A stretch of 64,000 nt of DNA, taken from Candidatus Multivorans sp. (GTDB taxonomy: Bacteria > Acidobacteriota > Thermoanaerobaculia > Multivoradales > Multivoraceae). A model generated the notes under the pieces. It made no database searches, was not told where the DNA came from, and saw nothing but the letters and a program-made list of their open reading frames with translations. The stretch lies in NCBI GenBank assembly GCA_965224025.1, contig OZ245033.1, positions 4,288,001 to 4,352,000 on the forward strand, in the 5' to 3' direction. Positions within the stretch are counted from its first letter, which is position 1. Each line of letters begins with the position of its first letter. The translations under genes and the position numbers were made by a program. Positions 18,512 to 27,425 of this stretch are shown here, in pieces.

Positions 18512-21418
18512 CTAGAACCGGTAGGCCTCGCGCGCGGGTCTGACCGGGCGCAGCATCCACCAGGGTCGCCGCAACCCACCCGGAGAGTCCCTGCCGGCCG
18601 GCCGCACGAGTTCCAGCCAGCGCTCGAACTGCGCGCGCGAGCCATCCGTGTCGACCGACACGTCGCCGCGCCGGTCGCCTGCTGCGGCGGGCGTCACGCG
18701 TACGGCCTGGTGCCAGCAGTGCTGTCCGGAGACCGGGTCCGCATGCACTGCGTGGGTCAGGTTTTGGTGCACGCCGACATCGGTCCACCAGACCCGCATC
18801 GTGTCCGGATCGTTCGAGCGAAACGGACCGCCGCTCTGCTTCGGTGTCAGCGCCCAATCGGAACCGTTCCGCGCCAGCGCGACGGTCATCATGCCGAGCC
18901 GTTGACCCGGCTGGCCCTCCGGCTTCCAGCGGCCCATGTGGTGACTGCACGCGACGACACCGGGGCGAATCCCCTCGGTGACCCACGCCTTGACCACGAA
19001 GTAGCCGAGGTCGGTGGTGACCCGGACCAGGCTGCCGGTGCCGCCAATGCCCAGACGCGCCGCGTCGGTCGGGTGGATCCAGAGCGGGTTCGTGTGCGCG
19101 ATCTCGTCGAGCCACTTCGAGTTCGCGCTCCGGGTGTGGATCTGTACGGGTATCCGGAACGTCGAGATCAATGGCATCTGCCCCGGCTCAAGCCGGCTCG
19201 GATGCACGTGGCTCTTGATGTAGGTGGGCGCCGCCAGCTCCGGCCATCCCCACTCGGCCAGGGTGTTCGACCAGAACTCCAGCTTGCCGGAAGGCGTCGG
19301 CCAGCCCCTGAGTATTTCGCCGTCGACCCGCACGCCGACCCGGCGGCGGCCGTCTTCGTCCGACTTGAGCGCGGTGCCCCCGTGCGCCTGCGGGCTCGCC
19401 GGAACCGGCGCGCGCGTGTAGACGCGGCCGCGTTCGTCGACGTGCGCATCCTCCAACTCCTCGTCCGGAACGGGCTGCTCGTAGACCCTTCCGACCTTGC
19501 TCGCGACCTCAAACGCGCCGTAGCGGCGCATGTACTCAAGTGGCGTCAACCCTTCCCGCGCGGCGACTTCAGGCAGCCCGGGAACCGTGTTCGCGAAGAT
19601 CCAGCCGTAGTACTCGTCGACGGTCATCTTCTCGCCGGGATTCTCGACCGACTCGAAGAACTCGCGGATTCCCAGCGAGCCGTCGGGATCGACGCGCCAG
19701 GTGAGCTCGATCCAGAACTCGTTCTCCTCCCACACTTCGCCTGGGTTCACCTCGCGGGTGTCGCCGATCTGTTCGCCCAGGCGGTCCCGGGCCGCCCTCA
19801 GCACGGGTTGGCGAAAGCCGAGCCACTGGCCGTCGTACTGCTCGTACGAGGTCAGATCGTGGCGCTCGGACGAATGCCCCATCGGCAGGACGTAGTCGGC
19901 GAAGTAGGCGGTTTCGTTCCAGGTCGGCGTCATCGCCACGTGCAGACCGATCCGGCGCGCGTCGCTCAGCATCTCGATCCAACTGAAGCCGTCCGGGTTG
20001 GTCCACACGGGGTTGTGGACGCGCGTGAAGTAGACGTCGAGGTAGGCGTCCTGGGCTCGCATCAGATGCGGCATCAGGAACGACATCTCCATCAGAGACA
20101 GGGGATACTCCCGCGGCCACTGCACCTCGTTCCACCGCGGCGGAGGACGCTTCGGAAGACGCGGCGGCCTGGGCACGAACTTGTTCCAGGCGTTGGGGAA
20201 CGTCCCGCCCTCGGTGGCCAGGGCGCCGAGGAGCGCGCTCAGAAGCGTGAGGGTGCGGGCGACCTGCCAGCCGCCGAGATTCCCGGCGCCGGCACTGCGC
20301 CAGTTGTGGGTGGCCAGACGGGTGCCGGCGGTCGAGATCACTTCCGCGACGGCGCGCAGCTCATCGGCATCGATCCCCGATTCGCTCGCCGCGTACTCGA
20401 AGGTGTACTCGGCGTACATCTCGCGCAGCGCTTCCTCAAAGCGCTCAAACGAGGCGCCGGCTTCGCCTTTGGCGGCCATGAAGTCCGGCCAGTTCCACCA
20501 CCGGCCCACGAAGTCACGGTCGTAGCGGCCCTCCCGGATCATCCAGTTCGCGACCGCCAGGAAGATCGCGGCTTCCGAGCCCGGATAGGGCGACAGCCAG
20601 TGGTCGGCATGGGTCGCGGTGTTCGAGAGGCGCGTGTCCAGGACGATCAGCTTGGCGCCGTTCTGCTTGCCCTCCATGATGCGCTGGGCGTGGGGGTTGA
20701 AGTAGTGGCCGGTCTCCAGGTGGCTGCTGACGAGGACGATGACCTTGGCGTTGGCGTGGTCCGGGCTCGGGCGGTCCATGCCCATCCACCAGTGGTAGCC
20801 GGCCCGCGCCCCGCTCGAGCAGACATTGGTGTGCGAGTTGTGCCCGTCGACGCCCCAGGCCGCAAGCATGCGTTCGGTGTATCCGTCCTCGCCGGGTCGG
20901 CCGACGTGGTACATGACTTCGTTGTGCCGCTCTTCCTCCAGGGCCTTGCGAATGCGCGCCGCGATGTCGTCGAGGGCGTCGTCCCACGACACGCGCTCCC
21001 ACTTTCCTTCCCCGCGCCCGCCGGCCCGCTTGAGCGGATGGAGAATGCGGTCGGGATCGGTGATCTGGTTGAGCGTGGCCGGTCCCTTGGCGCAGTTGCG
21101 ACCCCGTGAGCCCGGATGTTCGGGGTTGCCCTCGAACTTGCGTACCTGCAGCGTGTCGCGGTCGACGTAGGCGAGGAGTCCACACGCGGACTCGCAGTTG
21201 AAGCACGTGGTCGGAACCAGCATGTAACGCTTCTCGACGCGCCGCGGCCACGCTTTGGAATCGAGCTCGACCCAGTCGTTCCAACGCTCCTTCGGCGGAT
21301 AGGACGCGAGGTGGACGCGGCTGGCGCCGGGATAGAAGGTCTCGCTGCGGGCTTCGGCGTCGGCCCTTGCCGCCGAGACCAGGCGTTCCAGCTTCGCCAG
21401 GTTGTCCCGCTCGGTCAC
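18512..21418 (-). CDS. Molybdopterin (bis-MGD) oxidoreductase catalytic subunit
   Basis: TTCFNCESACG...NCAKG 4Fe-4S motif, RILHPLKRAGGRGEGKWERVSWDDA, HNSHTNVCS, ETAYFADYVLP and WIHPTDAARLGI. Start inferred at GTG 21418. Confidence 0.92.
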   Translation of the reverse strand: MTERDNLAKLERLVSAARADAEARSETFYPGASRVHLASYPPKERWNDWVELDSKAWPRRVEKRYMLVPTTCFNCESACGLLAYVDRDTLQVRKFEGNPEHPGSRGRNCAKGPATLNQITDPDRILHPLKRAGGRGEGKWERVSWDDALDDIAARIRKALEEERHNEVMYHVGRPGEDGYTERMLAAWGVDGHNSHTNVCSSGARAGYHWWMGMDRPSPDHANAKVIVLVSSHLETGHYFNPHAQRIMEGKQNGAKLIVLDTRLSNTATHADHWLSPYPGSEAAIFLAVANWMIREGRYDRDFVGRWWNWPDFMAAKGEAGASFERFEEALREMYAEYTFEYAASESGIDADELRAVAEVISTAGTRLATHNWRSAGAGNLGGWQVARTLTLLSALLGALATEGGTFPNAWNKFVPRPPRLPKRPPPRWNEVQWPREYPLSLMEMSFLMPHLMRAQDAYLDVYFTRVHNPVWTNPDGFSWIEMLSDARRIGLHVAMTPTWNETAYFADYVLPMGHSSERHDLTSYEQYDGQWLGFRQPVLRAARDRLGEQIGDTREVNPGEVWEENEFWIELTWRVDPDGSLGIREFFESVENPGEKMTVDEYYGWIFANTVPGLPEVAAREGLTPLEYMRRYGAFEVASKVGRVYEQPVPDEELEDAHVDERGRVYTRAPVPASPQAHGGTALKSDEDGRRRVGVRVDGEILRGWPTPSGKLEFWSNTLAEWGWPELAAPTYIKSHVHPSRLEPGQMPLISTFRIPVQIHTRSANSKWLDEIAHTNPLWIHPTDAARLGIGGTGSLVRVTTDLGYFVVKAWVTEGIRPGVVACSHHMGRWKPEGQPGQRLGMMTVALARNGSDWALTPKQSGGPFRSNDPDTMRVWWTDVGVHQNLTHAVHADPVSGQHCWHQAVRVTPAAAGDRRGDVSVDTDGSRAQFERWLELVRPAGRDSPGGLRRPWWMLRPVRPAREAYRF

Positions 21419-21426
21419 GAGTCGTT

Positions 21427-22974
21427 TCAGGAGAGAGGCACCGACTGGCCGGCCTGCAGATAGGCGTGCTCGTAGAGCAGCAGTCCAACCAGTCCCGCGG
21501 CCACACCGAGGTGGGCGCCCAGGCCCACGAGCACGAGCGCAGCCACGGCGAAGAAGAAGCCGGTCCAGTAAGGGCCCGCATAGCGACCACGAAGCATGCC
21601 CCGGGCAGCCAGGGCGGCGTGAGCGGTCGGGTGCGTCATCGTCGCCTCGCCAAGAGCCAGGAGGACATGGACGGCCAGCGAGGCCTGGAAGATCCACACG
21701 GCGCCGGCGCCGAGCGCCAGAGCTCCTCCCGCTGCCAGGTCAGCCAGCATCAGCGCGCCCGAGCCCGCGAGCAGCGCCTGGACGAGAAAGTGCGGCGGCA
21801 GCAGCGGGCTCTGCCAGAGGTCACGTGCGCGCGCCTGGGCCAGAAGGTACGCGGTGTAGACCGCGGCCGCGGCCGCGAGCGGGCCTCCGGCCCACGCCAA
21901 TACCTGCGTCCAATCGGGTCGGCCGGCCACAACCACGCCGATGTGTGCGGCTAGAAGCGCCCCATACGCGGTGATCGCAAAGCCCCCACGCACCAGCCAA
22001 CTGCCCCACTGCGGCTTGGCGAGCACCATCCAGAACCGCTCCGGATGCTCCAGGTCCCACACCAGGAGCGCGCCCGTCAGCACCAGGAAAGCGAGCGCCA
22101 TCAAGGGCCCGACGAGCGTCCACACCAGCGACGTCCAGGGGATCATGCCGGAGATCGCCAGCAGCAACGGCACCAGGTAGGCCCCCGCGGCGATCGACTT
22201 GGTGAACGTGTAGAGGCTCACCCGGAAGTCCCAGGGAATCTCGTGCGGGACGTCGTAGCTGAGCAGTGCCGCCGCGGAACTGTTGCGGGGACCGGTATGG
22301 CCGGACGACACCTTCCCGTTTCCGTTGTCCTGCTCACTCCACATGAACAGTCCGCCCTCCGGTTGGCGCGCGGCAAGGGGATCCAGCGTCGCACGGTCCG
22401 CGCCCTTGTAGAAGACCTTGGGCCGTGTCTCCTTCTCCGGCCGGCGCACCGCGACCGGTTCCTGGTGGACGACCTTCGAGACCTCGGAGAGCGGGTCGTT
22501 CATGTCGCCGACGATCAGCGCCTCGGTCGGACAGACGACGACGCACGCCGGCTCGAGGCCGATGTCGAGCCGATGCGCGCAGAAGTTGCACTTCTCGGCC
22601 GAGTGGTCGTCGGGATTGATGAAGATCGCATCGTACGGGCAAGCCGCGATGCACGCCTTGCATCCGATGCAAGAGGACTTGTCGAAGTCGACGATGCCGT
22701 CCTCCCGGCTGTACATCGCGGCGGTCGGGCAGGCCGCGACGCAGGGTGCGTCCTCACACTGGTTGCAGCGAGTGACCTGGAAGGCGCGCCGCGCGCGCGG
22801 ATGTCGCCCGATGTCGACGGACTTCACGTAGGTGCGCGTGACCGACAGCGGCACCTCGTTCTCGGACTTGCACGCGGTTGTACACGCATGGCACCCGATG
22901 CAACGCGTCTGGTCGATGACCTTGGCCCAGAGCGACGGCTGCGGTGCGGCGGAGGCCTCGCTCGTTGTGGGCAC
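21427..22974 (-). CDS. 4Fe-4S dicluster (NrfC/DmsB-like) fused to an NrfD/PsrC-like membrane anchor
   Basis: CIGCHACTTAC, CNQCEDAPCVAAC, CIGCKACIAACPY and KCNFC...PACVVVCP, followed by a multi-TM region with DLEHPERFW...SWLVRG. Confidence 0.92.
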   Translation of the reverse strand: MPTTSEASAAPQPSLWAKVIDQTRCIGCHACTTACKSENEVPLSVTRTYVKSVDIGRHPRARRAFQVTRCNQCEDAPCVAACPTAAMYSREDGIVDFDKSSCIGCKACIAACPYDAIFINPDDHSAEKCNFCAHRLDIGLEPACVVVCPTEALIVGDMNDPLSEVSKVVHQEPVAVRRPEKETRPKVFYKGADRATLDPLAARQPEGGLFMWSEQDNGNGKVSSGHTGPRNSSAAALLSYDVPHEIPWDFRVSLYTFTKSIAAGAYLVPLLLAISGMIPWTSLVWTLVGPLMALAFLVLTGALLVWDLEHPERFWMVLAKPQWGSWLVRGGFAITAYGALLAAHIGVVVAGRPDWTQVLAWAGGPLAAAAAVYTAYLLAQARARDLWQSPLLPPHFLVQALLAGSGALMLADLAAGGALALGAGAVWIFQASLAVHVLLALGEATMTHPTAHAALAARGMLRGRYAGPYWTGFFFAVAALVLVGLGAHLGVAAGLVGLLLYEHAYLQAGQSVPLS

Positions 22975-23060
22975 TGAGAGGTTCGGTCGCCAGGGTATGT
23001 CCGGTCTAGGGGGCGAGAGTCACCCTAACAGCCCGACGCGGCCCAGCCCGACTGTCGCCC

Positions 23061-25538
23061 TCAGCTCTTCCTGACGCCGCGGCCGGTTGCGCCTTCTGGC
23101 GGTGTATCGCGCAGGATGCCGGCGCGCTCCAACTCGTCTACCCGCGAAGCCGGAAACCCCAGAATCTCGACCAGAACCTCCCGGTTGTGCTCACCGAGAC
23201 AGGGCGCACCGCGGCGGTATGTCGGCGGCGTCGCGCTCATGCGGATCGGCAGCCCCGGGTACCGGCGCCGGCCGACTTCGGGGTGATCCACTTCGGCCCA
23301 GAAGCCGCGCGCTTCGAGGAACGAGTCTTCGGCCATGTCGCGAGCGTCGGCGACCGGCGCCGCCGTGACGCCGGCACGGAGCAGTCGGGCGACCAGGTCG
23401 TCCCGACCCCGGCTGCGGGTCCACTCGGACAGCATTTCGTCGATCCGGTCCTCGTCCGCCTGCCTCTGCTCAAGCGACATCGAGCCGAACATTTCGGGCA
23501 AGCCGGCGATGCCGCACAGCGCCTGCCACTCCCGGTCGCAACAGACGCTGATCGCGATCCACCGATCCTCGCCCAGGCACGGATAGCAGCCCTGGGGCGA
23601 CCGCTCCGGATGGCGGTTGCCGCGCCGAGGCCCGGCCGCTCCGCGAAGCTGGGCCGCCAGGATGTGATCGCCGAACATCGTCGCCGGCGCCTCGACCATC
23701 GGCGTTTCGACCGTGCCGCCCTCTCCCGCGGGCGACTGCGAGCGTCCGTAGAGCATCGCCAGCGTCCCGACCGCCGTGTGCAGCGCCGTCACCGGGTCCG
23801 GCCAGGCGATGCCCGACCGGTGCGGACCGCCGTCCCGATAGCCGAGTTCGGACGTCAGTCCCATGGTCGACTCGATCAGGGGACCGAACGCGAGCCGATC
23901 GCGGTAGGGACCGGCGTTGCCGAAGCCGGGCATGGAGACCGCGATCAGGCGCGGGTTGATGTCCAGCAGCTTCTCCGCGTCGAGCCCCAACTTCGGCATG
24001 ACCCGGGGGCTGAAGTTGTCGCAGACGACATCGGAGCGCTCGACGAGCTCCTCGAAGATGCGCAGCGCCTCCGGATCGTTCAACTCGAGCGTCACCGAGC
24101 GCTTGTTCCGGTTCATCTTGTTGAACGCGGCACTGCGATTGAACGGACGTTTCCCGGCATCATTCTCCGGGTAGAGGTGGCTGAGCCTGGCGATCCTCGC
24201 CGGCCGCGTCGCCGGGCCGCGCGCCCACGCCGCTTCGACCCTGATCACGTCGGCCCCGAGGTCGCCCAGGATCCGGGTCGCCAATGGTCCGGCCCAGACC
24301 CGGGTGAGATCGAGCACGCGGACGCCCTGGAGCGGCCCGTCGATCGATGCCGATGATTCCGAAGCGCCGCCGCTGATGGTCTGGCGCGCCCGCCAACCTG
24401 CAACCCCGTCAAGCGATGGCAGCACTCCGGCGACCGAGGAATCGATGACTGGCGCCGCTGCCGCGCCGCCCAAGAGAAACGGCCCACGCGGAACGAGCGG
24501 GCCGCTCCCGCCGTCGAGCGGCACGAAGAACTCGCGGGCCCGGAAGTGAGGGTCGTCCAGCACCTCCAGCGCATCGATCACCGGGCCGATCGGCACCCTG
24601 ACCCGCTCGCCCAGCTCGATGATCTCGGCCGCGGTGTGAGCCATCATCCATGGGTCGATCGCACGATCGAACTCCTCCCGGTGCTCCGCCCGGTCGGCAT
24701 CCTCCGCGAAGCGCGGATCTTCGGCAACACGACCGAGGCCGGCGGCACGAAGAAACGGGTTGAGCATCTCCTTGGCCGGCATGGCCAGCGACACGTAGCC
24801 GTCCTTGCAGCGATGCACCCCCACCGGGTGCCACGGGCCGCCCTGCGAGTTGCCGACCCGGCCGAGCACATAGCCCGCCTGAGTCCACATCACCGTCGTG
24901 TACTGGTGGAGCGCGGCCAGCGCCTCGACGTGGGAGACATCGACCGTCTGCCCTCGTCCGATGACGGGCCGCGCCAGAAGCGCCGCCAGACCGCCGATCA
25001 CCGCGTGGGCGCCCGCCTGGCAGCACGAATGAAGTCCCGGCCGCCCAATGGGCTCCCGGTGAGGAGCGCCGTTCAGGTAGAGGTGGCCGGACCAGGCGTC
25101 GTCCGTGAAACCGTTCGAACGAGGCGAGCCGGCTTGGCCCCAGACCTCGCGCCACGCCGTACCCAAGCCGAACGGAGACATCCGCGGCAGCACGGCCTGC
25201 GGCGCATCGGTCTCTTCGATCAGCGGCTCGAGCGGCCCCGGCGCGGCGCTCTCGATCACCACGTCCACGCCGCCGCGCTCGATCTGCTCAAGGACCTGCG
25301 CCCGACCCCCATCGGTGCTCGGCCGTAACCGCGCGGCGCGCTTACCGACGTTCAGGTACGCGTACTCCGCCCCGATGTCTCGCCAGCGCTCGCCGACCTC
25401 ACGCCACGGATCGCCGCCCGGCGGCTCGAGCCGCAGCACTTCGGCACCGCATGCCGCCAGCAGCCGCCCCGCATAGGCGCCCGCCGGCGAGCCCGCGACC
25501 TCGACCACACGCAGGTTGGAACAGGGATGATCCGTCAC
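23061..25538 (-). CDS. Double-domain CaiB/BaiF (family III) CoA transferase
   Basis: Two repeats: LRVVE...AYAGRLLAACGAEVLRLEPP and GVRVLDLTRVWAGPLATRILGDLGADVIRVE; also NRNKRSVTL. Confidence 0.9.
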   Translation of the reverse strand: MTDHPCSNLRVVEVAGSPAGAYAGRLLAACGAEVLRLEPPGGDPWREVGERWRDIGAEYAYLNVGKRAARLRPSTDGGRAQVLEQIERGGVDVVIESAAPGPLEPLIEETDAPQAVLPRMSPFGLGTAWREVWGQAGSPRSNGFTDDAWSGHLYLNGAPHREPIGRPGLHSCCQAGAHAVIGGLAALLARPVIGRGQTVDVSHVEALAALHQYTTVMWTQAGYVLGRVGNSQGGPWHPVGVHRCKDGYVSLAMPAKEMLNPFLRAAGLGRVAEDPRFAEDADRAEHREEFDRAIDPWMMAHTAAEIIELGERVRVPIGPVIDALEVLDDPHFRAREFFVPLDGGSGPLVPRGPFLLGGAAAAPVIDSSVAGVLPSLDGVAGWRARQTISGGASESSASIDGPLQGVRVLDLTRVWAGPLATRILGDLGADVIRVEAAWARGPATRPARIARLSHLYPENDAGKRPFNRSAAFNKMNRNKRSVTLELNDPEALRIFEELVERSDVVCDNFSPRVMPKLGLDAEKLLDINPRLIAVSMPGFGNAGPYRDRLAFGPLIESTMGLTSELGYRDGGPHRSGIAWPDPVTALHTAVGTLAMLYGRSQSPAGEGGTVETPMVEAPATMFGDHILAAQLRGAAGPRRGNRHPERSPQGCYPCLGEDRWIAISVCCDREWQALCGIAGLPEMFGSMSLEQRQADEDRIDEMLSEWTRSRGRDDLVARLLRAGVTAAPVADARDMAEDSFLEARGFWAEVDHPEVGRRRYPGLPIRMSATPPTYRRGAPCLGEHNREVLVEILGFPASRVDELERAGILRDTPPEGATGRGVRKS

Positions 25539-25602
25539 GAGACCGGGACGGTAGCAGCCGCCGCAGCCCACGACGCCGACCAAGGATCGGCGATAATCGA
25601 CC

Positions 25603-26502
25603 GTGGCCCGCAACATCCTGGAGACGATCGACCAGCTCAAGTCGGAGCTCGACGGGCTCCGGCCGCTGCCGCCTGATGTCGTCGGGCACGTCAGTCAGAA
25701 GCTCCGGCTGGAGTGGAACTACCACTCGAACGCGGTCGAGGGGAACTCACTCACGCTGGGCGAGACGAGGAGCCTGATCCTCCACGGCATCACTGCTCAC
25801 GGCAAACCGATGCGGGATCATCTGGACATCCAGGGTCACGACGACGCGGTCAAGGCGGTCGAAGACGCGGTAAGGAACGAGGAGGCCCTGAACGAGGTCT
25901 TCATTCGCAATCTGCACCGGGTGCTCCTGAAAGAGCCGTACAAGATGGACGCAAGGGCGCCGGACGGCCGCATCGTCAAGCGCAGAATCTCGATCGGCAG
26001 CTACAAGACGGCACCGAACAACGTCCTGACCACCACCGGCGAGGTCCACTACTTCACGGCGCCCGAACTCGTGAAGCCCGAGATGACCGACCTGCTCGAC
26101 TGGTACCACGAGAGCGAACAGATGGGCGAACACCCGATCGTTCTGGCGGCGGTCCTCCACTACCGCTTTGTAGCGATTCACCCGTTCGACGACGGCAACG
26201 GCCGCATGGCGCGGCTGCTGATGAACCTGATTCTCATCCGGCACGGTTACACGGTGGCCATGATCCGCGCCGAGGACCGTGGCCTGTACATCGACATCCT
26301 GGAGCGAGGGCAGCGAACCGGGCGTTCTCCAGTCGCCGGGGACTTGAGGGAGTTCATCGAGTTCGTCGCCTCCTGTTGCGAAAGCAGCCTGAGACTCCAC
26401 CTGAGAGCCGCGCAGGGAGAGTCCATCGACGAGCAGGGAGACATCCGGCGTGAGATCGACCTGTTCAAGAAGTCGCTCAATGAGCCGCCAAGCGAGCAGT
26501 GA
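25603..26502 (+). CDS. Fic family protein
   Basis: WNYHSNAVEGNSLT and canonical HPFDDGNGRMAR. Confidence 0.93.
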   Translation: MARNILETIDQLKSELDGLRPLPPDVVGHVSQKLRLEWNYHSNAVEGNSLTLGETRSLILHGITAHGKPMRDHLDIQGHDDAVKAVEDAVRNEEALNEVFIRNLHRVLLKEPYKMDARAPDGRIVKRRISIGSYKTAPNNVLTTTGEVHYFTAPELVKPEMTDLLDWYHESEQMGEHPIVLAAVLHYRFVAIHPFDDGNGRMARLLMNLILIRHGYTVAMIRAEDRGLYIDILERGQRTGRSPVAGDLREFIEFVASCCESSLRLHLRAAQGESIDEQGDIRREIDLFKKSLNEPPSEQ

Positions 26503-26661
26503 TGGACACGCTGAAACAGTCGTGAGGCGGTGTCTCCGCGCCGATGCTCGTCGTATGCTCACGCGCCGAAACGGAACCCCGGTGGCGCGTCTCGCGCTAC
26601 CAGCGAACCACTCCGTACGTCCGCCATCGGACGCGCGGATGGCACACAGGAGACTCAGCCC

Positions 26662-27425
26662 ATGTCCATCGTCGACTTCAGCCTCAACGACCAGGTAGCC
26701 CTCGTGACCGGCGCCTCGCGCGGCATTGGCGAAGCCATTGCGCGCGGCTTTGCCGAGCAGGGCGCAACCGTCGTTCTTGCCTCGCGCAAGCAGGAGGGGC
26801 TCGACAAGGTCGCCGAGTCGATCCGGGCTGGCGGCGGCAAGGCGGTCCCGATCGCCTGCCACGCGGGTAACGTGGAGCAGATCGCCGCCCTGTTCGAGCG
26901 CATCGAGAGCGAGTTCGGGCGGCTCGACATCCTCGTCAACAACGCGGCGACGAACCCCTACTTCGGACCCGCGATCGACATGCCGGAGTGGGCCTTCGAC
27001 AAGACGCTCGAGGTCAACCTGAAGGGCTACTTCGTCCACATCCAGCAGGCGGCGCGGCTGATGAAGAAGCAGGGCTCGGGCAACGTGATCAGCGTCGCCT
27101 CGATCGCGGGCTGCGGCCGGGGCCGAACGAGCTGACCTACGCGCTGACCAAGGCGGCGGTGCTCAACATGACGCGCGGCTGGGCCAAGGAACTGGGTCAG
27201 TTCGGCATCCGGGTCAACGCGATCGCACCGGGCGTGGTCGAGACCTACTTCGCCAGCGTCCTCGTCGATTCCGAGGAGAAGCGGCAGGCGATCGCCAGCC
27301 GGACGCCGGTCGGCCGCCACGGACAGCCGAACGAGATCGCCGGCGCGGCGGTGTTCCTGGCGTCGAAGATGGGCAGCTACGTGACGGGGGCGACGATCGT
27401 CATGGACGGCGGCTCGTCGGCCTGA
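26662..27425 (+). pseudogene. SDR family oxidoreductase with a single frameshift near 27108 (possibly a sequencing error)
   Basis: TGASRGIG and NNAATNPYFG in ORF 26530..27135; YALTK and IRVNAIAPG in ORF 26988..27425. One extra G in GCGGGCTG restores the frame. Confidence 0.85.

Noticed and set aside
18359-21109. 916-aa ORF on the + strand, and similar long antisense ORFs (30150..31967, 11748..13373, 35411..36808, 60629..61930)
   Set aside because: These are shadows of well-supported genes on the opposite strand; they have no motifs and are expected at high GC.
25603-26502. Fic gene as part of the candidate system or a toxin-antitoxin pair
   Set aside because: It is stand-alone among metabolic genes, has no adjacent antitoxin, and is far from both accessory loci.
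26662-27425. Programmed frameshift in the SDR gene
   Set aside because: No slippery heptamer; a single missing G in a short G run is better explained by a sequencing error or a recent mutation.
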